Origin: Mobula hypostoma
Taxonomy: Eukaryota
DNA: 64,000 nt
Assembly: GCF_963921235.1 (NCBI RefSeq)
Contig: NC_086104.1
Span: 137,330,001 to 137,394,000 of the forward strand
Direction of reading: 5' to 3'
In this document: positions 23,995-37,990 of the stretch, piece by piece
How the letters are laid out: each line of letters opens with the position of its first letter
How positions within the stretch are numbered: position 1 is the stretch's first letter
Translations under genes and position numbers: made by a program
Notes under the pieces: model-generated
What the model was told of the DNA's origin: nothing
What the model saw: only the letters and a program-made list of their open reading frames with translations
Database searches by the model: none

Positions 23995-24645
23995 TCCAGT
24001 GGGTGTCAGTATCTCTGAGGACCTAACCTGGATGCAACATACTGATGCACATATAAGGAAGGCAAGGCAGTAACTATATTTCATTAGGAGTTTGAGGAGA
24101 TTTGATTTGTCAACTAAAATACTCATGAAGTTCTACAAATGTACCGTGGAGAGCATTTTGACTGGCTACATCAGCATCTGGGATTGGGAGCGGGGAAAGA
24201 GGGCTACTGCACAAGATCAAAATAAGTTGCCGAAACTTGTAAAATTAGTCAGTTCATTCATGGGTAACAGCCTTCGTAGTATCCAAGACATTTTCAAGGA
24301 GTGGTGCCTGAGGAAGGCAGTGTCCATCATTAAGGAGCCCCAACACCCAGAACATGTTACCGTCAGGAAGGAGGCACAGAAGCCTGAAGGCTCGCACTCA
24401 GTGATTCAGGAACAGCTTCTTCCCCTCTGCCATCCGATTCCTAAACGTATATTGAACCTATGAACACTACCTGACTACTTTTTTTATTTGTATTACTTTG
24501 CACTATTGATTTTAACTCAACTATTTAATAGACATATATAAATTTTTTCTCTATATTTTTATCATGTATTTAATTGTACTGCTGCTGTAAAGTTAACAAA
24601 ATTTCATAGCACATGCCACTGATATTAAATCTGATTCTGATTCTG
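23995..24645 (+). mobile_element. Rex1/Babar-like LINE 3' fragment
   Basis: FYKCTVESILTGYISIW; tail (tctgat)n. Confidence 0.75.
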
Positions 24646-26275
24646 AATCCTATGAAATGTGCAAACACTCTGAATTTGCCCAGGATTACACTCATGTTCC
24701 TGACCTGACACCCTGACCTTTTCAATCTGGCCCAGCACTTAAACTGATCAAACAATATGTCGATCCACGCTGTCAGATCCCAACTTATCACTTCGATACA
24801 TTCTCAGGCCCAGGACCCGCTGCCTCGATTCAGCCTACACTCAACCTTTCCAATTCCAATTCCTGGAGTTTAAATCAGTCCATATTCTCCCCGCTCTTGG
24901 GCATGGGCCTACCACCTCAACTCAAGCTTTCAGTGGCCTCCACATCTGCTGCAAAACATCGGTTCATTTCCCGCTCTAGGCCCGAGTCCGGGCCCCACCA
25001 CCTCAATTTGACCTGCACATGCCATGCCACAACCATCCCGTGCCTTCAAGATTCCAATTCACAGCTCAAATAACATTCAGACAGCTCAAAAGCTTGACTC
25101 TGAAAGGGAAGTTACAGGCTATTGATTGTTTTCAAGAAAAAGTGTGATTAAGTAATTAATTAATAGTTGTTTTTGCTGCCAGCAAGTTGTCGCAGTGCTT
25201 CACCAGCACTGTCTTAAACTGCCATCTTAAGATAATTGGCAAAAAGTCAAGAAAATTAAGGAATATTTTTCCTTGGCAATGATCTGGAATCGACACCTTA
25301 CTGTGGAAGCAACTTCAAGAGAAATTTCAAAGGAGAAGTCAATAAATCCTTCAAATGGAAAATTGTGCAAGGTATCAGCAACTCATGATAATGCTGGGGG
25401 CAGTGAGATTAACTGGCTCGCTCTTACAAAGACTTGAAAGGCTAATGTCGCCTTTACCTTGTGTTTGGTCACAAGTACATTCGGATGATAAATTCTAAAT
25501 GCAGCTTGAATGCAGAAACTTTGTAAATGTTTAGTGAAATGTTCGCTTTCATCGTTAACTTTGCACATGGGTGCACACAGCAAATAATTTTCAGAAGGAA
25601 AGTTGGGTACATTAGATATTTGCTCTGCTTTTCTGACTGGCTTCAGTTACCACAGAACAAGTTCTGTGACTTGTGTATGCTTTAGGATTCTGCCTGTCAA
25701 ATCATTTCGAAGACAGAAAGGACCCCGGGTTTTGTTCTTTCAGATTTATTGCCACAGTCGTGGTTAAAAAAACTCTGACAAATGCTGATGATCTTAAACT
25801 TTTTGATGACAAAATTAACGGCAGAGCAAGATCTGAGGGGCTTCATGAACTACAGCAACACCTTAAACTTTGCTTAAGGAGTATGCGTTATGAGGGATTA
25901 AGTAGGTTTACAGTGAAATAAAAGAGCAGCGTTCTCTAAGCTAATACTGAATATGTTACTAGCAACAACAGGAATGCACAGTTTGTGTTACATTGCTGTG
26001 TCAGGTTAATTAAACCGACATGTAACAATGCTAACTTCAGAAAACCTGCCAGAATTAGGGGTGGGGTTAAAGGCAAATAAAATTCCTACATCACCCCTTA
26101 AATATGAACCCTAACAAGAGTTAGTAATTATCTGATGAAATGAATAATACCTACCGCTAACAGAAATGGAATTCTTCTCATACACTGACTGTAATGTGTC
26201 ATTTCTTAATCCAACTCAAAATTAAATGATTCATCTCACCTGGAAGCACTTTGGAATCTTAATGGGACATATTAC

Positions 26276-26550
26276 AGGGTGGCATGGCAGCGTAGTGGTT
26301 AGCACAACGCTTTACAGTACAGGCAACCCAGGTTCATTTCTTGCCGCCATCTATAAGGAGTTTGTGCGTTCTCCCCGTGACCACGTGGGTTTCCTCCGGG
26401 TGCTCCAGCTTCCTCCACAGTCCAAAGATGTACTGGTTGGAAGGTTAATTGGTAATTGTAAATTGTCCCATGATTAGGCTAGGGTTAAACGAAGGGATTG
26501 CTGAGCTGTGCGGCGTAAGGTGTCGGAAGGGGCTACTCTGTGATAAGTAA
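26276..26550 (+). mobile_element. V-SINE (HE1-like)
   Basis: gtagtggttagc...gggtttcctccgggtgctcc...tccaaaga. Confidence 0.85.
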
Positions 26551-26604
26551 GTAACATAATTGTAAGATTGAATGCAGATCTGTATTGTTTTACGCTTATG
26601 TTAT

Positions 26605-28100
26605 AAGAACATAAGATATAGGAGCAGAATTAGACCATCTGGCCCATCGAGTCTGCTCTATCATTTTCTCATGGCTGATCCATTTTTCCTCTCAGCCCCA
26701 ATCTCCTGCCTTCTCCCCATTTCCCTTCATGCCCTGACCAATTAAGAATCTATCAACCTCTGCCTTAAATATACATAAGAACTTGGCAAAGAATTCCACA
26801 GATTCACCACTCTCTGGCTAAAGAAATTCCTCCTCATCTCCATTCTAAAAGGACACCATCTATTCCAAGGCTGTGTCCTCTGGTTTAGACTCTCCCACCA
26901 TTGGAAACATCCTCTCCACATCCACTCTATCAAGGCCTTTCACAATTCAATTAGGTCACCCCTCATCATAACTAATGCCTCCACAATCTCTTCAGCCACC
27001 TCTTTCAGAACTGTAGGGTGTACACCATCTGGCCCAGGTGACTTATCTACCTTCAGACCTCTCAGTTTCCCAAGAACCTTCTCGCTAGTTACGATAACTT
27101 CACACACTTCATGACCCTTGACACCTAGATCTTCCACCATACTGTGAGTGTCTTCCACAGTGAAGATTGATGCAAAATACTTACTCAGCTTGTCTGCTAT
27201 TTCATTGCCTACCATCACTACCTCTCCAGCATCATTTTCCAGTGGTCTGATATCCACTCTCACCTCTTTTTTACACATTATATATCTGAAGAAACTTTTA
27301 GTATCCTCTTTAGTATTATTGGCTACCTTACTTTTGAATTCCATCTTTACTTTCTTAATTAATTTTTTTTAGTTTTTTAGTTGGTTTTTAAAAGCTTCCC
27401 AAACCAATCTTCTAACTTCCCACTAATTTCTGCTCTATTATATGTCCTCTCTTTGGCTTTCATGTTGGTTTTGATTTCCCTTGTTAGCCTCAGTTGTGTC
27501 ATCTTTCCTTTAGCATACTTCATCCTCTTTGGGATGTATTTATCCTGTGCCTTCCGAATTGTTTCCAGAAATTCCAGCCATTGCTGCTACTGTTCAACAC
27601 CCAATCCAGAATAGTGGGCTCAACCACGAGCTGCTCTAAAAAAACCATCCTTTAGGCACAATTCCCCCTCCTGTAATCCAGCACCAACCTAATTTTCCCA
27701 ATCTACCCGCATATTGAAGTCCTGCACGACTATTGTAACATTGCCCTTTTGACATGCACTTTCTATCTCCCGTTGTAATTTGTAGGCCACATCCTTACTA
27801 CTGTTTGAGGACCTGTATACAACTCCCATCAGGGTCTTTTTACCCCCACAGTTCCTTAGCTCTTTAGCTCTAACAACAATGACTCAAAACCTATGTCACC
27901 TCTTCCTAATGATTTGATCTAATTTTTTACCAACAAAGCAACGCCGTCCCCTCTGCTTTCCTGGCTATCTTGTTAATACAATGTGTATCCCTGGACATTA
28001 AGCTCCCAGCTATAATCTTTCGGCCAGGATTCAGTGATGCCTACAACATCATACCTGCCAACCTGCAACTGTGCTGCAAGTTCATCTACCTTATTCCATA
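26605..28100 (-). mobile_element. Internally deleted CR1 ORF2 fragment
   Basis: ADKLSKYFASIFTVED...KSPGPDGVHPTVLKEVAEEIVEAL joined directly to RGDLIEL and the 3' end. Confidence 0.85.
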
Positions 28101-29747
28101 TAAGTTATTGGCTTTTATTGTACCATGTCTCTTAGTAGTCAAAGGTTCATTTATTATTAAAATATCCAACTCTGAAATTCTTCTTCTCTAGATAGCCTTG
28201 AAACCAAGAAAGAAAAGAACAGCTGTATTATCATGAACCCCTAAATCCCGCTTCCCCACACTGAAGAAAGACTGAAAAATGATATATAGTCCAAGTCCAT
28301 ATCCATAATGCAGAAAACCTGGGTAACATTCTCTGGGCACAGTGGCAGCCCCTTCCCTCTCCAGCAGCAGAGTGATCTCACCAGCAATCAAAAGGCAGTC
28401 TCCCCTCTCCGGTAGTAAAGTGATCCCTCAGTGATCAAGAGGCAATCTCCCTTCTCTGCCAGCTGAGTCACCTCAGCACTGTTCAAAATTCAGGCAGCTG
28501 GCATTCACCCTCTGCATTCGTCTCGATGTCTCAATCACCCTTGTCGTGTTAATTGGCAAAAAATGGAAGCTTTAGTCAGTGAAATGGGGTCAAACATCAG
28601 CTCGTGTCCCATCCCGCAGTCTTCTCACCATAAGGTTTGCGCACGTTGCTTCTCCCTCCCAGAATCCCCTTGGAGACTGCATCATGCTGAAACACCCACT
28701 CTGCAAATCGCAGGCTCCAACGGTGCCAGAATCACATTCAAGATGAAAAATAAGTGTAAAAGACCTCAATCTCGCCAACCACACATCTCCCCTCATATTC
28801 CTCCCCGAAACACACCTCCCCTGAACCGATGGAATCAAATTGCAATACCACCTCCCTGTCCCACAATTTCTGCCATTTTCTAATCCCAGCCAACCTAATA
28901 CAAGACTTGGCTACATATTTTCCTAGGTGGACTATAATATCCACCTCTGAATTAGTAGGTGCCTATTTGCTTTATCATCTGTCCTTTCATTACCCAATAC
29001 ACCCACACGTGCAGGCACCCAATAACACTGTACTACTATTCCTGCACTCACCAGAACATATAAATTACTCACCTCTTTCAGCTTTAATTTAGACCCTTCC
29101 CTCCCCTCAGCTCCTCCCCTGCACTTACATTCCCAATCAGATCCCTACCTTCAGATTCTGTGCAAAACATACTTACATCATACCTCTCAGCTGCACCTGA
29201 CTGTAATACAGTGCAAGGCACAGGACTGAGCTTGTCAGTATAATTAAGAGAATTAGCTCTGGGGGAATAAGCTGCAACAGGACATACTGTCTGTCAAAGG
29301 ACCTGGCACATTGTCAGGCTGGCCCATATTTCCCTGCAGATGTCTCAAGCTGCAGGACTCGGGCTTGAGCTGACTGTGGCCTCTTCCACTCTGCTGCCAA
29401 CTGCCTGATGCTGGGTCACTGCGAGTCCCCACGGAGTCCAGCGGGAACTGCCACCCTCCCAACTTCCAGCAGGAGCGGTGTGGTCCAAGTGAAGGCAGTC
29501 AACAACTTCCAGGGTCAGGGGATTTGTGACAAATTCCAACATTTCACAGTCCTGTCTAGCCAGGTTTTATTTCAATTTGTCTTCAAGGTGTTATCCCACA
29601 TTAAAAAAAAATCACTTGATATGAGAAATGCGATTAAAATGGAGTCAAAAGGGATTGTACCCCACAAGTTCAAAACATAATCCATTTTTGGAGCTGCTCA
29701 GCTTATCTCAATATGTCAACCCAAGACAACTGTAAAACCCTTCAAAG

Positions 29748-30000
29748 AGACACAAGAGACTGGAGACATCGGAATGAAACAAGGAATCTGCTGGAAGAAC
29801 TCAGTACTTCAGGCACCATCTCTGGAGGGGAGTGGACAGTCGACATTTTGGGTCGAGACCCTTCATCTGGTCTCAAAGACCATGCATTGTAACTGATACC
29901 TCTCCATTCCAGACCTAACGCAGCATATTGACCCGAAACATCTGCAATTCCTTTCCTCCCATAGAAGCTGCTTGATCCGCAGAGCTCTTCCAGCAGATTA
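29748..30000. mobile_element. Inverted pair of PLE ends with degenerate hammerhead (29837-29873)
   Basis: cagtcgacattttgggtcgagacccttcatctgg, followed by gacccgaaacatc...ctcttccagcaga in the opposite orientation. Confidence 0.65.
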
Positions 30001-30147
30001 TTTGACGTTGAGTCATCCTTCAGAACTGTGACGTTTAACTTACCTCTGCACCTTTGCCTTCGCTCGTCTATCTTAAAACTTATTCCTTGGTGATCACATC
30101 CATCCTAAAGTTACCTTTCCCCAGTTTGACAGTCTGTTCTCTTGTGA

Positions 30148-30422
30148 CTGGGCAGCACAGTTGTGTAGTGGCCAGCTGTAAGATCGGGGTTCAACTGCTG
30201 CTGCTGTCTATAAGGAGTTTTACATTCTCCCCATGACCACGTGGTTTTCTCCAGGCGCTCCAGCTTCCTCCCACATTCCAAAGGCGTACATTGGGGTTAG
30301 GGAGTTGTGGCCATGCCAGAAGCTTGGTGACACCTCAGGGCTGCCCAACACAATCGTCGCTGGTTTGATTTGACACAAACGATGCATTTTACTGCATGTC
30401 TCCACGTATATGTGACTAATCT
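30148..30422 (+). mobile_element. V-SINE with alternative tail
   Basis: V-domain followed by gggctgccc...aacgatgcattttactg...tgtgactaat. Confidence 0.7.
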
Positions 30423-30484
30423 TCACTGCATCTTACGCAAGTGAGTCGCTATAATGTGGACTATTACTGGCAGGTGTGCAGAGA

Positions 30485-31020
30485 ATCAGAATTGGATTTA
30501 ATATCGTTGGCACATGTTTCAAAATTTGTTAACTTTGCGACAGCAGTACAATGCAATACATAATAATAGAAAAAATGTATTACAGTGTGAATATATATAT
30601 ATATATATATATTAAATAGTTAAATTAAATAAGTAATGCCAAAAAAAGTAGTGGGGTAGTGTTCGTGAGTTCAATTTGAATTCAGAAAGCAGATGGCAGA
30701 GGGGAAGAAGCTGTTCCTGAATCATTGATTGTGTGCCTTCAGGCTCCTGTACCTCCCTGATTTGCAGCATTAAGAAGAGGGCATGTCCTGGATGATGGGA
30801 CATCCTAATGATGGACGCCACCTTTTAGAGGCACCACTCCTTGAAGATGTCCTGGATACCATGAAGTCTAGAGCCCACGATACAGCTGATTAATTTTACC
30901 ACTCCTTACAGCTTACCTTGATCCTGTGCAGTAGCCATCACTCCCCCTTACCAGACAGTGATGAAGCCAGTTAGAATGCTCTCCACCGTATATCTGTAAA
31001 AATTTGTGAGTTTGGTGACA
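30485..31020 (-). mobile_element. Rex1/Babar-like LINE 3' fragment
   Basis: ASIIRMSHHPGHALF; same tail. Confidence 0.7.
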
Positions 31021-31519
31021 TGCTAGTGATATATGTAAGTCCTTCACTGTGATTCAGCATGGAGAGAAACATGCTGTTAGTACAGACAGCCTGCCTTACC
31101 CCAGCATCTGCACTGGCATCAATGTACTCTATATAATTTATCCATTTTTATTGTCCAGAACAAGATATATAACAAAATCAGTAATTATTATAACCTCTTT
31201 CACGTTGCTGGCTCTGCTACTCATTAATATCACCAGCTCTGCATTCCCTGCATCACTGCCAGCTTTTTGGCTGAGCATTAATTTTATTGTCTCACAGTTT
31301 ATCAGCTGACATAACATAGCAGGAAGTTTGTTGAATAAAATCACTCTGGGATTACACCGAGAGTAGCACATTTTGTTGAAAGGCACAAAGGAAGACAGTC
31401 AAGTGTTCAGAGCAGACTTGCCGCCAAAAGGGCCTCTTCATTCTGCTAACATTGGCTCTGATCCACCCTCAATTTCCCACCAATGGCTGAGTTCACAGAG
31501 AGTGAACTGAAACAGCTCA

Positions 31520-31912
31520 GAACAAGTCTTTCCCCTCCCCCATCCTGTCCATCACCCATACATTCCTCCCATTGGTTCTCCTCCTCAGCCCTACCCCTTT
31601 ATCCTATGGTCTACTCTCCTCCCCTACCAAGCCTTCAGCCTTTTGTCACTTCCACCTATCACCTCCCATAAGCTTACATCATTCCCACTCCCCTCCCCGT
31701 CACTGTCTATCATCCCCCTTCACTAGGATCCACTCATCCACCTGACAACTCTCACTCCACCCCTCCCCTCCACTCTTGTACTGGCTATCAGCCCTCTTTC
31801 TTTCCGGTTCAGATGAAGGGTCTCAGCCCAAAACATCAACGGACCATATCCCTTCACGAATAATCCCCGAGTGTGTTGCTCCAGATTCCCAGCATCTACA
31901 GTCCCTTGTCTC
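31520..31912 (+). mobile_element. PLE 3' remnant with degenerate hammerhead (31805-31842)
   Basis: CAGATGA-AGGGTCTCAGCCC-AAAA-CA-TC-AACGG, then tail gtgtgttgctccagattcccagcatct. Confidence 0.7.
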
Positions 31913-32074
31913 AGCACAAGTCTTCTTGCTATTAGTTATTACTTCTTAGTGATGAAGGAGCGGTCATGATCACACTCCATGTGCACAGAGTTGCCACAGC
32001 AGTAAAATCCCTATGACTGTCCAGAAGAATGCGAGAAAGTGAAACATAATTGCTCTTCCTGTGCAGGGCAGCCT

Positions 32075-32560
32075 CCATACAAGGGTGTAAGGGGTGTCTG
32101 GGGAGAGGGGAGAACCTCTGGTGAAAGGGCTTGTCGTACCCGTTCTGGGACAGTTCCACCAGACACTCACCTCTCACCTGTGACTCCAAGTAGCTGTTGG
32201 CAGGTGACAGCGGCCACACCCCAGTACACCAGTTTGACAAGCCGGCTAAACGAGGTGAGAGGAGCCAGGGGTGCCTCATACCCCAGTGAGATAGGGACTA
32301 GCCTGCGAAGCCAGCCCCGGTGGTGTGGGCGGATGAGATCTACAGTGAGGTCTAACGGCCAGGAGGGCCGTTCTGCATCATTTCGTGGAGAGCGAAGGGC
32401 TTGACAAGGAAGACCCCAGTTTGTGACACTTGTCCGTACCACTGGACCTGGACTTCTAAGTTTGAGAGAGTGGAACTGTCCCACTGCAATGGCTTTACCA
32501 CTTTAAAAATTCTCACACACAGGTTTCCTGTCATCATCGGACATGATTTACATCCATCAC
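32075..32560 (+). mobile_element. ~500-bp interspersed element, probably RTE-derived and non-autonomous
   Basis: Colinear second copy at 62160-62695. Confidence 0.65.
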
Positions 32561-32744
32561 GGGCAGCCTGACATGAGAGTAACAGGATGATGGAGCACAG
32601 GAGGAGGTCATTTTGTCATAAGACTCCATCCAACCTTTTGTTCAATCCCGCCTAGAGTCTTACAGCTAATAAACAGGCCCTTCGGTCCAACTTGTCCAAG
32701 CTGACCACACAAGCTAGTCCCATTTAAGGAAATTAAAGATTTTT

Positions 32745-33068
32745 TTTTAAATATTAGCGCTATTTGTCATATTGTCATCAAAACATATAATGAAATGTGT
32801 TACCTGCATCAATGAGCGACACAGACCTGGGTCATGCTGTGGGCAGCCCAGAAGTGTCACCATACTTCTGGTGCTAACGTGGCATGCCCACTGCTAACCC
32901 TGACCATACGGCTTCCTGGAGTGTGGGAGGAAACCAGAGCACCTGGAGGAAACTCTTATAGACACAAAGAGGACGTACCAACTGCTTGCAGACAGCAGTG
33001 GGAATTGAACCCCGATCTTCCAGTCACTGGTGCTGGAAGGAGTAAGGCTAACTGCCAGTCTACCCACG
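32745..33068 (-). mobile_element. V-SINE with alternative tail
   Basis: Homologous to 30148-30422. Confidence 0.65.
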
Positions 33069-34109
33069 GTACCCATATTTGACCCCCCTGAATAGTTCCT
33101 ATCCACATACCTGTCTAAATCTCTTGAATGTTGTTATTGTACCCACCTCTACCACTTTGTCTGGCTGCTCAAACCATATATTCATCACCCTCTGTGTGAA
33201 AGAAGTTCACCCTTGGGTCCCTTTTAAATCTCTCCCCACTGACCTTAAACCTATGTCCTCGAGTTTTTGATTTCATTCCTCCGGGAAGTAGACGGTGTAA
33301 ATTCACCCTGTCTATGTCCATCATGATTTCATACAATTCCATAGTTTCACCCTTAGATTCTTAAGCTCCAATGAACACAGGTCCTATCCTGGCTAATGTT
33401 TCCCTATACCTTGAGTCATAGCAACAATCTCATAAATTCACTATGAACTGAAACTTATGGATCACAATTTAATGCAAGGGGTGGGCCATCTGTGGTGTTA
33501 GCCATTGCTGTTGCTTGCTCCTTATCCAGGTAAGCTCCTTACCACTTTGGCGGCCGTCCCACCTACTCTCTGACGCAACCACATAACACAATGGGTGAGC
33601 ACTGTACATCTCCAGGCCAGATGCCAATCACTCCCATTCTCAGGATGGGTTTCTACCTGGGATAACGACTAAAGCAGCCAGAACGACACCTTTTTTTTTG
33701 TGTGGGACAGGCACACCTCGAAGGGCTTTAGAAAGCACAACTAGAGATATTCTAAAAGTAAAGGCACATAATCCTGATTACATAAAGACGGTTTCTTCTC
33801 AGCAAAGTACACAGATTTGCTATAACCCAGAGACACTGCCTTTGCACACCCCACTTTTATCCATTCACAATGTGGTTCACAGGCCTGACAGCAAACTCCC
33901 GAAGCCCTCTCTAAACTCAGTACCAATAAGAGGCCTCAGGTTGTCAGAGTGGTACCTGGTAATTGGCTCATTACTGTCACATGTACCAAGCTACAGTGAA
34001 AAACTTAGTTTGGTGTGCCATTCATACATATCACTCCAAATATAAGCAGATCGAGGTAGTACGATGGGACAGATTTCAGAATATTAGTGCCACAGTGACA
34101 GATACAGAG

Positions 34110-34380
34110 AAGCCTCCTTGAAGGACCGTATCCCCTGCTGACTTCCGGAAATGATCGCTCAGGATGGGAAAGGAGCATTTGGGAAGGCTTTGAGAACCTT
34201 GAATCCATTTGTTGGGAATACACAAGCCCGGTGTAAAGAGCAAGAGATGATAGGCCCTCCAAAATTATCCTACCGCCTTCCATATCCCAGCTGTAGACAG
34301 TCAGTGGGTCCCATATATTCCTCACCTGCTATCTCAGAACCCACAGAATGAAGTCTCACAGCCCACCATCAGAGGAAAAA
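34110..34380 (+). mobile_element. RTE LINE 3' relic
   Basis: DRSGWERSIWEG...C..GSHI.LT..LRTHR-type C-terminus. Confidence 0.5.
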
Positions 34381-35628
34381 TTACTCTTTCCACCAATTAA
34401 TTTTTAAATCCCCTGGTTCACAGAACCAGTTCTCCCACAGTCAGCATGATGTGATCTTGTCAAAATAAGTGCAAGTTTACAGAACTCTTGAATCCACCAC
34501 CCGAGCGTTGGAAAGGATTGCCTCGGGTGGGGGAGGCACCTCCTGGACCAGTGGAGGACTTGAAACTGCAATGAACTCAGCCCATACCAGCCTCGGATTT
34601 TCACACGAGGAAACACGACAGAACAGTGCAACGGCAACAGCAGTGAGAGGGTCATTTGTCAGTATTTTAAACGGCTACAATTTCAGGCCAGATGGTCAAT
34701 TCTCTTACAACGTAGAAGAATGTTGTTCAGTCAATTAAATCTGTGCTCTCAGTGCAACCCCAGGAATCCCATTCCCCCACAGATTGCCTGTAACCTTTCC
34801 TCTCTCACATGCCCATCTGCAGAATCCTAACTGCTCACTGACACTGGAATCACCTGCCAGCCAGCCAATGTTCTGCACGTGGGGGGAGATGTAAATGTGC
34901 TCAATGTTGGGGAGGGTGTTGCCTGTGATGTACTAGGCTGTATCTACCATTGTCTCTAGCCTTTTCCACTCCAGGGTATTGTTATTCGTCAATTTCCTTA
35001 CCAAGCTGTGATGCCCCAGTATCATAACTGTGGTCTGGTTCAAGAACAGTTCAACCATCAGACTTCTGAACTGGCATGGATAACTTCAATCACTACTATT
35101 CTGAATTGATTCTACAGCATGCAGACTCATTTTCAAGGAATCTTTACAACTCATGCTCTCAGTACTTCTTCTATCTGCACAATTTCCGCGTCAGTCTTTA
35201 AAAACCGTAATCAGCAAGCTTTTGTTTTTGTTGGTCTCTCCTCTCACTGTGAAAGGGAGAAACCTCTCTGTCCCTTTATTAGGGAGGGACAGAGCCTGCG
35301 GTAGGTCGAATTGTGGAGTGAATGATTTGCCTTTGTGGTACTGATCATGGTCTGTCTTGGGGACTTTGCTATTGCATGTTTGATGGTTGGAGGGTGTTGA
35401 TGTCTTTTTTTTGTTGAAACAAGTTGGGGGGGGATTGTTGTTTTGCTGCTGCTTGTGCATGGGAGGGGGAGGGGGGCTTTGGGATTCTAACATTTTTCTG
35501 TCATTCATTCTTTGGGGCACTGTTCTGATTTCGTGGATGTCTGCAAAGAACAAAAATTTCAGGTTGTATATTGTATACATTTTCCAATATTAAATGGAAC
35601 TATTGAACTATTAAAGTATTTGTGAAGT

Positions 35629-36090
35629 GAGGGGGAGAGAGAGGGGGAGAGAGAGGGGGAGAGAGAGGGGGAGAGGGGGAGAGGGAGGGGAAGAGGGNNN
35701 NNNNNNNNNNNNNNNNNNNNNNNNNNNNNNNNNNNNNNNNNNNNNNNNNNNNNNNNNNNNNNNNNNNNNNNNNNNNNNNNNNNNNNNNNNNNNNNNNNNN
35801 NNNNNNNNNNNNNNNNNNNNNNNNNNNNNNNNNNNNNNNNNGAGAGAGGTGGAGGGAAAGGGGGAGAGAGAAGGGGAGGGGGGAGANNNNNNNNNNNNNN
35901 NNNNNNNNNNNNNNNNNNNNNNNNNNNNNNNNNNNNNNNNNNNNNNNNNNNNNNNNNNNNNNNNNNNNNNNNNNNNNNNNNNNNNNNNNNNNNNNNNNNN
36001 NNNNNNNNNNNNNNNNNNNNNNNNNNNNNNNNNNNNNNNNNNNNNNNNNNNNNNNNNNNNNNNNNNNNNNNNNNNNNNNNNNNNNNNNNN
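35629..36090. other. GA-rich repeat with two assembly gaps (35698-35841 and 35887-36090)
   Basis: N runs flanked by (GGGGGAGAGAGA)n. Confidence 0.95.
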
Positions 36091-37595
36091 TGTGCGGGGT
36101 CTATCATTCATAAACTGCGGACAGACTGCACAAGAAACATCCAACTGGTTTTACATAGTACCTTGGTAAGTCCACACTTGGGACCGCCTGTGCAGATCTA
36201 GCCTCCCTACCTTAAGCAGAATATACTTGCAAATGAGGGACTGAAGCCATAACTTCACCAGAATCAATCCAGTGAATCCAGGAAGTTTCAGCAGGTTGTC
36301 CTATGGTGAAATATGAAGCAATGAGACTTCACTCTTTTAAATTTAGAAGTACAAGAGACGATCTTATTGAAACATTTTTTAAAATCCAAACTACTTGGCA
36401 GAGTAGACGCAGGGATAATGTTTCGCTGGCTGCACTGGCTGAAAGCAAAACAAGGTGTCAACCGTTTAGGTTTCAGATTGGGAGTAACTTCATCCAGTGG
36501 ACATTGAATCTTCGGAATTCTCTGCCCCGGAGGCCTGAGGAGTCAGCTACTGAGTACATTTAAAGAAGAGATTTTTGAATATTAAATGAACAATGTCTGT
36601 TTAATACAGGAAAGGGCACTGTGATAAATCAACCAAGATCTTAATGAATACCTGGCTATTAAACACTGCACATCCATAAGGAAAGAGCACAGGAATAAGA
36701 TCAAAGGATGTTTCTTCCAACGAGCTGAAATACACAGATACTCAAATCAAACGCACAAAGGCAAGAGCAGCCCCTTCGCTTGCAGAATCGTTTTTGCTTC
36801 AGTAGACACAACCTGAATCCTTAAGCAGATGGTCAGGCTTGTGCCCCACTAATTGGAAAATTATCAGGCATGTTACTGTGGATTCTGATTTCATGCTTCT
36901 ACTGGGCTCGACAGCAGGTCACCTCCTGCCTGCATTTGCCAGTGGGAGACTTAACAGGGAACGAATAAGTCTTCAGATGGAGTATCACTTATTTCATTCG
37001 ATATGAGCACAAAGTGTATGAGTTGTGGTCGTAACAGAAGCGTTCAAATTTACTGAGACTACAGGCAAGGACAGAGGGTGGCAGGGGAGGACGTGTCTAG
37101 CTGAGGTGTTTAGTTACCATAAGCAGAAGGAAAGTCCTCCTATAGATAAACTACCTTCCCTACTTGTTCACTGCTCACAAGAAGTGGAAGCTAAAACAAT
37201 ACCCCCCCCCCACTGATGCCGAGTCCGTCCAGCAGATTGTTCATTGCTTGAGATCTTCTATCTAATTGAGTGATCAGCTGATCAGCAGGGGTTTACTCTA
37301 CAGTGATAGCCTATGGCAACGCCAATGGGAGAAGTAGACGATCTGCCAGAATGGACCTAATATGTATTTGTGTACTTACTTTGATAATAAATGTACTTTG
37401 AACCAAGCCTGACCGTTCATTCAACTTGTCCGCCTCACCTCTCAATGTAGTCAGCAGAAGCCGGTATCTGTCACGCTGAGGTAGGTGCCGATACCCTTGC
37501 AGTTTGTCACTCAGCTTGTGATCTATATCTGATGTATACTTGGACAGCGGTTGTTGCCACATGCTTGACTCTCTGACCAAACAAGAGTGTTGGTC

Positions 37596-37990
37596 AGAAT
37601 CAGATTTATTACCATTTGCTGATAAGATGTGAAATATGTTTCTTTGTGGCTGCAGTACAGTGTACAGACATTAAATTACTATAAATTACAATAAATAAAG
37701 TGAATAAAAGGAATAACAAGGGAGCTTTGTGGGTTCATGGAGGAGGGGTCAAAAGCTGTTCTTGAGTCGTTGAACGTGAGTTTTCAGGGTCTTGTACCTC
37801 CTCCCTGAAGATATTAATGACAGTAAGGCATGTCCAGGTGGCAAGTGTCCCCAATGATGGATGCACGTTCCTGAGGGCGTCCTTGGTGGCGAGAGGGTTT
37901 TGCCTGAGATGGAGCTGGCTGAGTCTACAACCCTCTTGCAAACCTGTGCACTGGGGCCTCCATACCAGCCAGTGACAACACCGTGCTGCA
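37596..37990 (-). mobile_element. Rex1/Babar-like LINE 3' fragment
   Basis: PGHALLSLISSGRRYKTLKTHVQRLKNSF. Confidence 0.7.

Noticed and set aside
35559-36169. Long ORFs across N runs
   Set aside because: Artefacts of assembly gaps and simple repeats.
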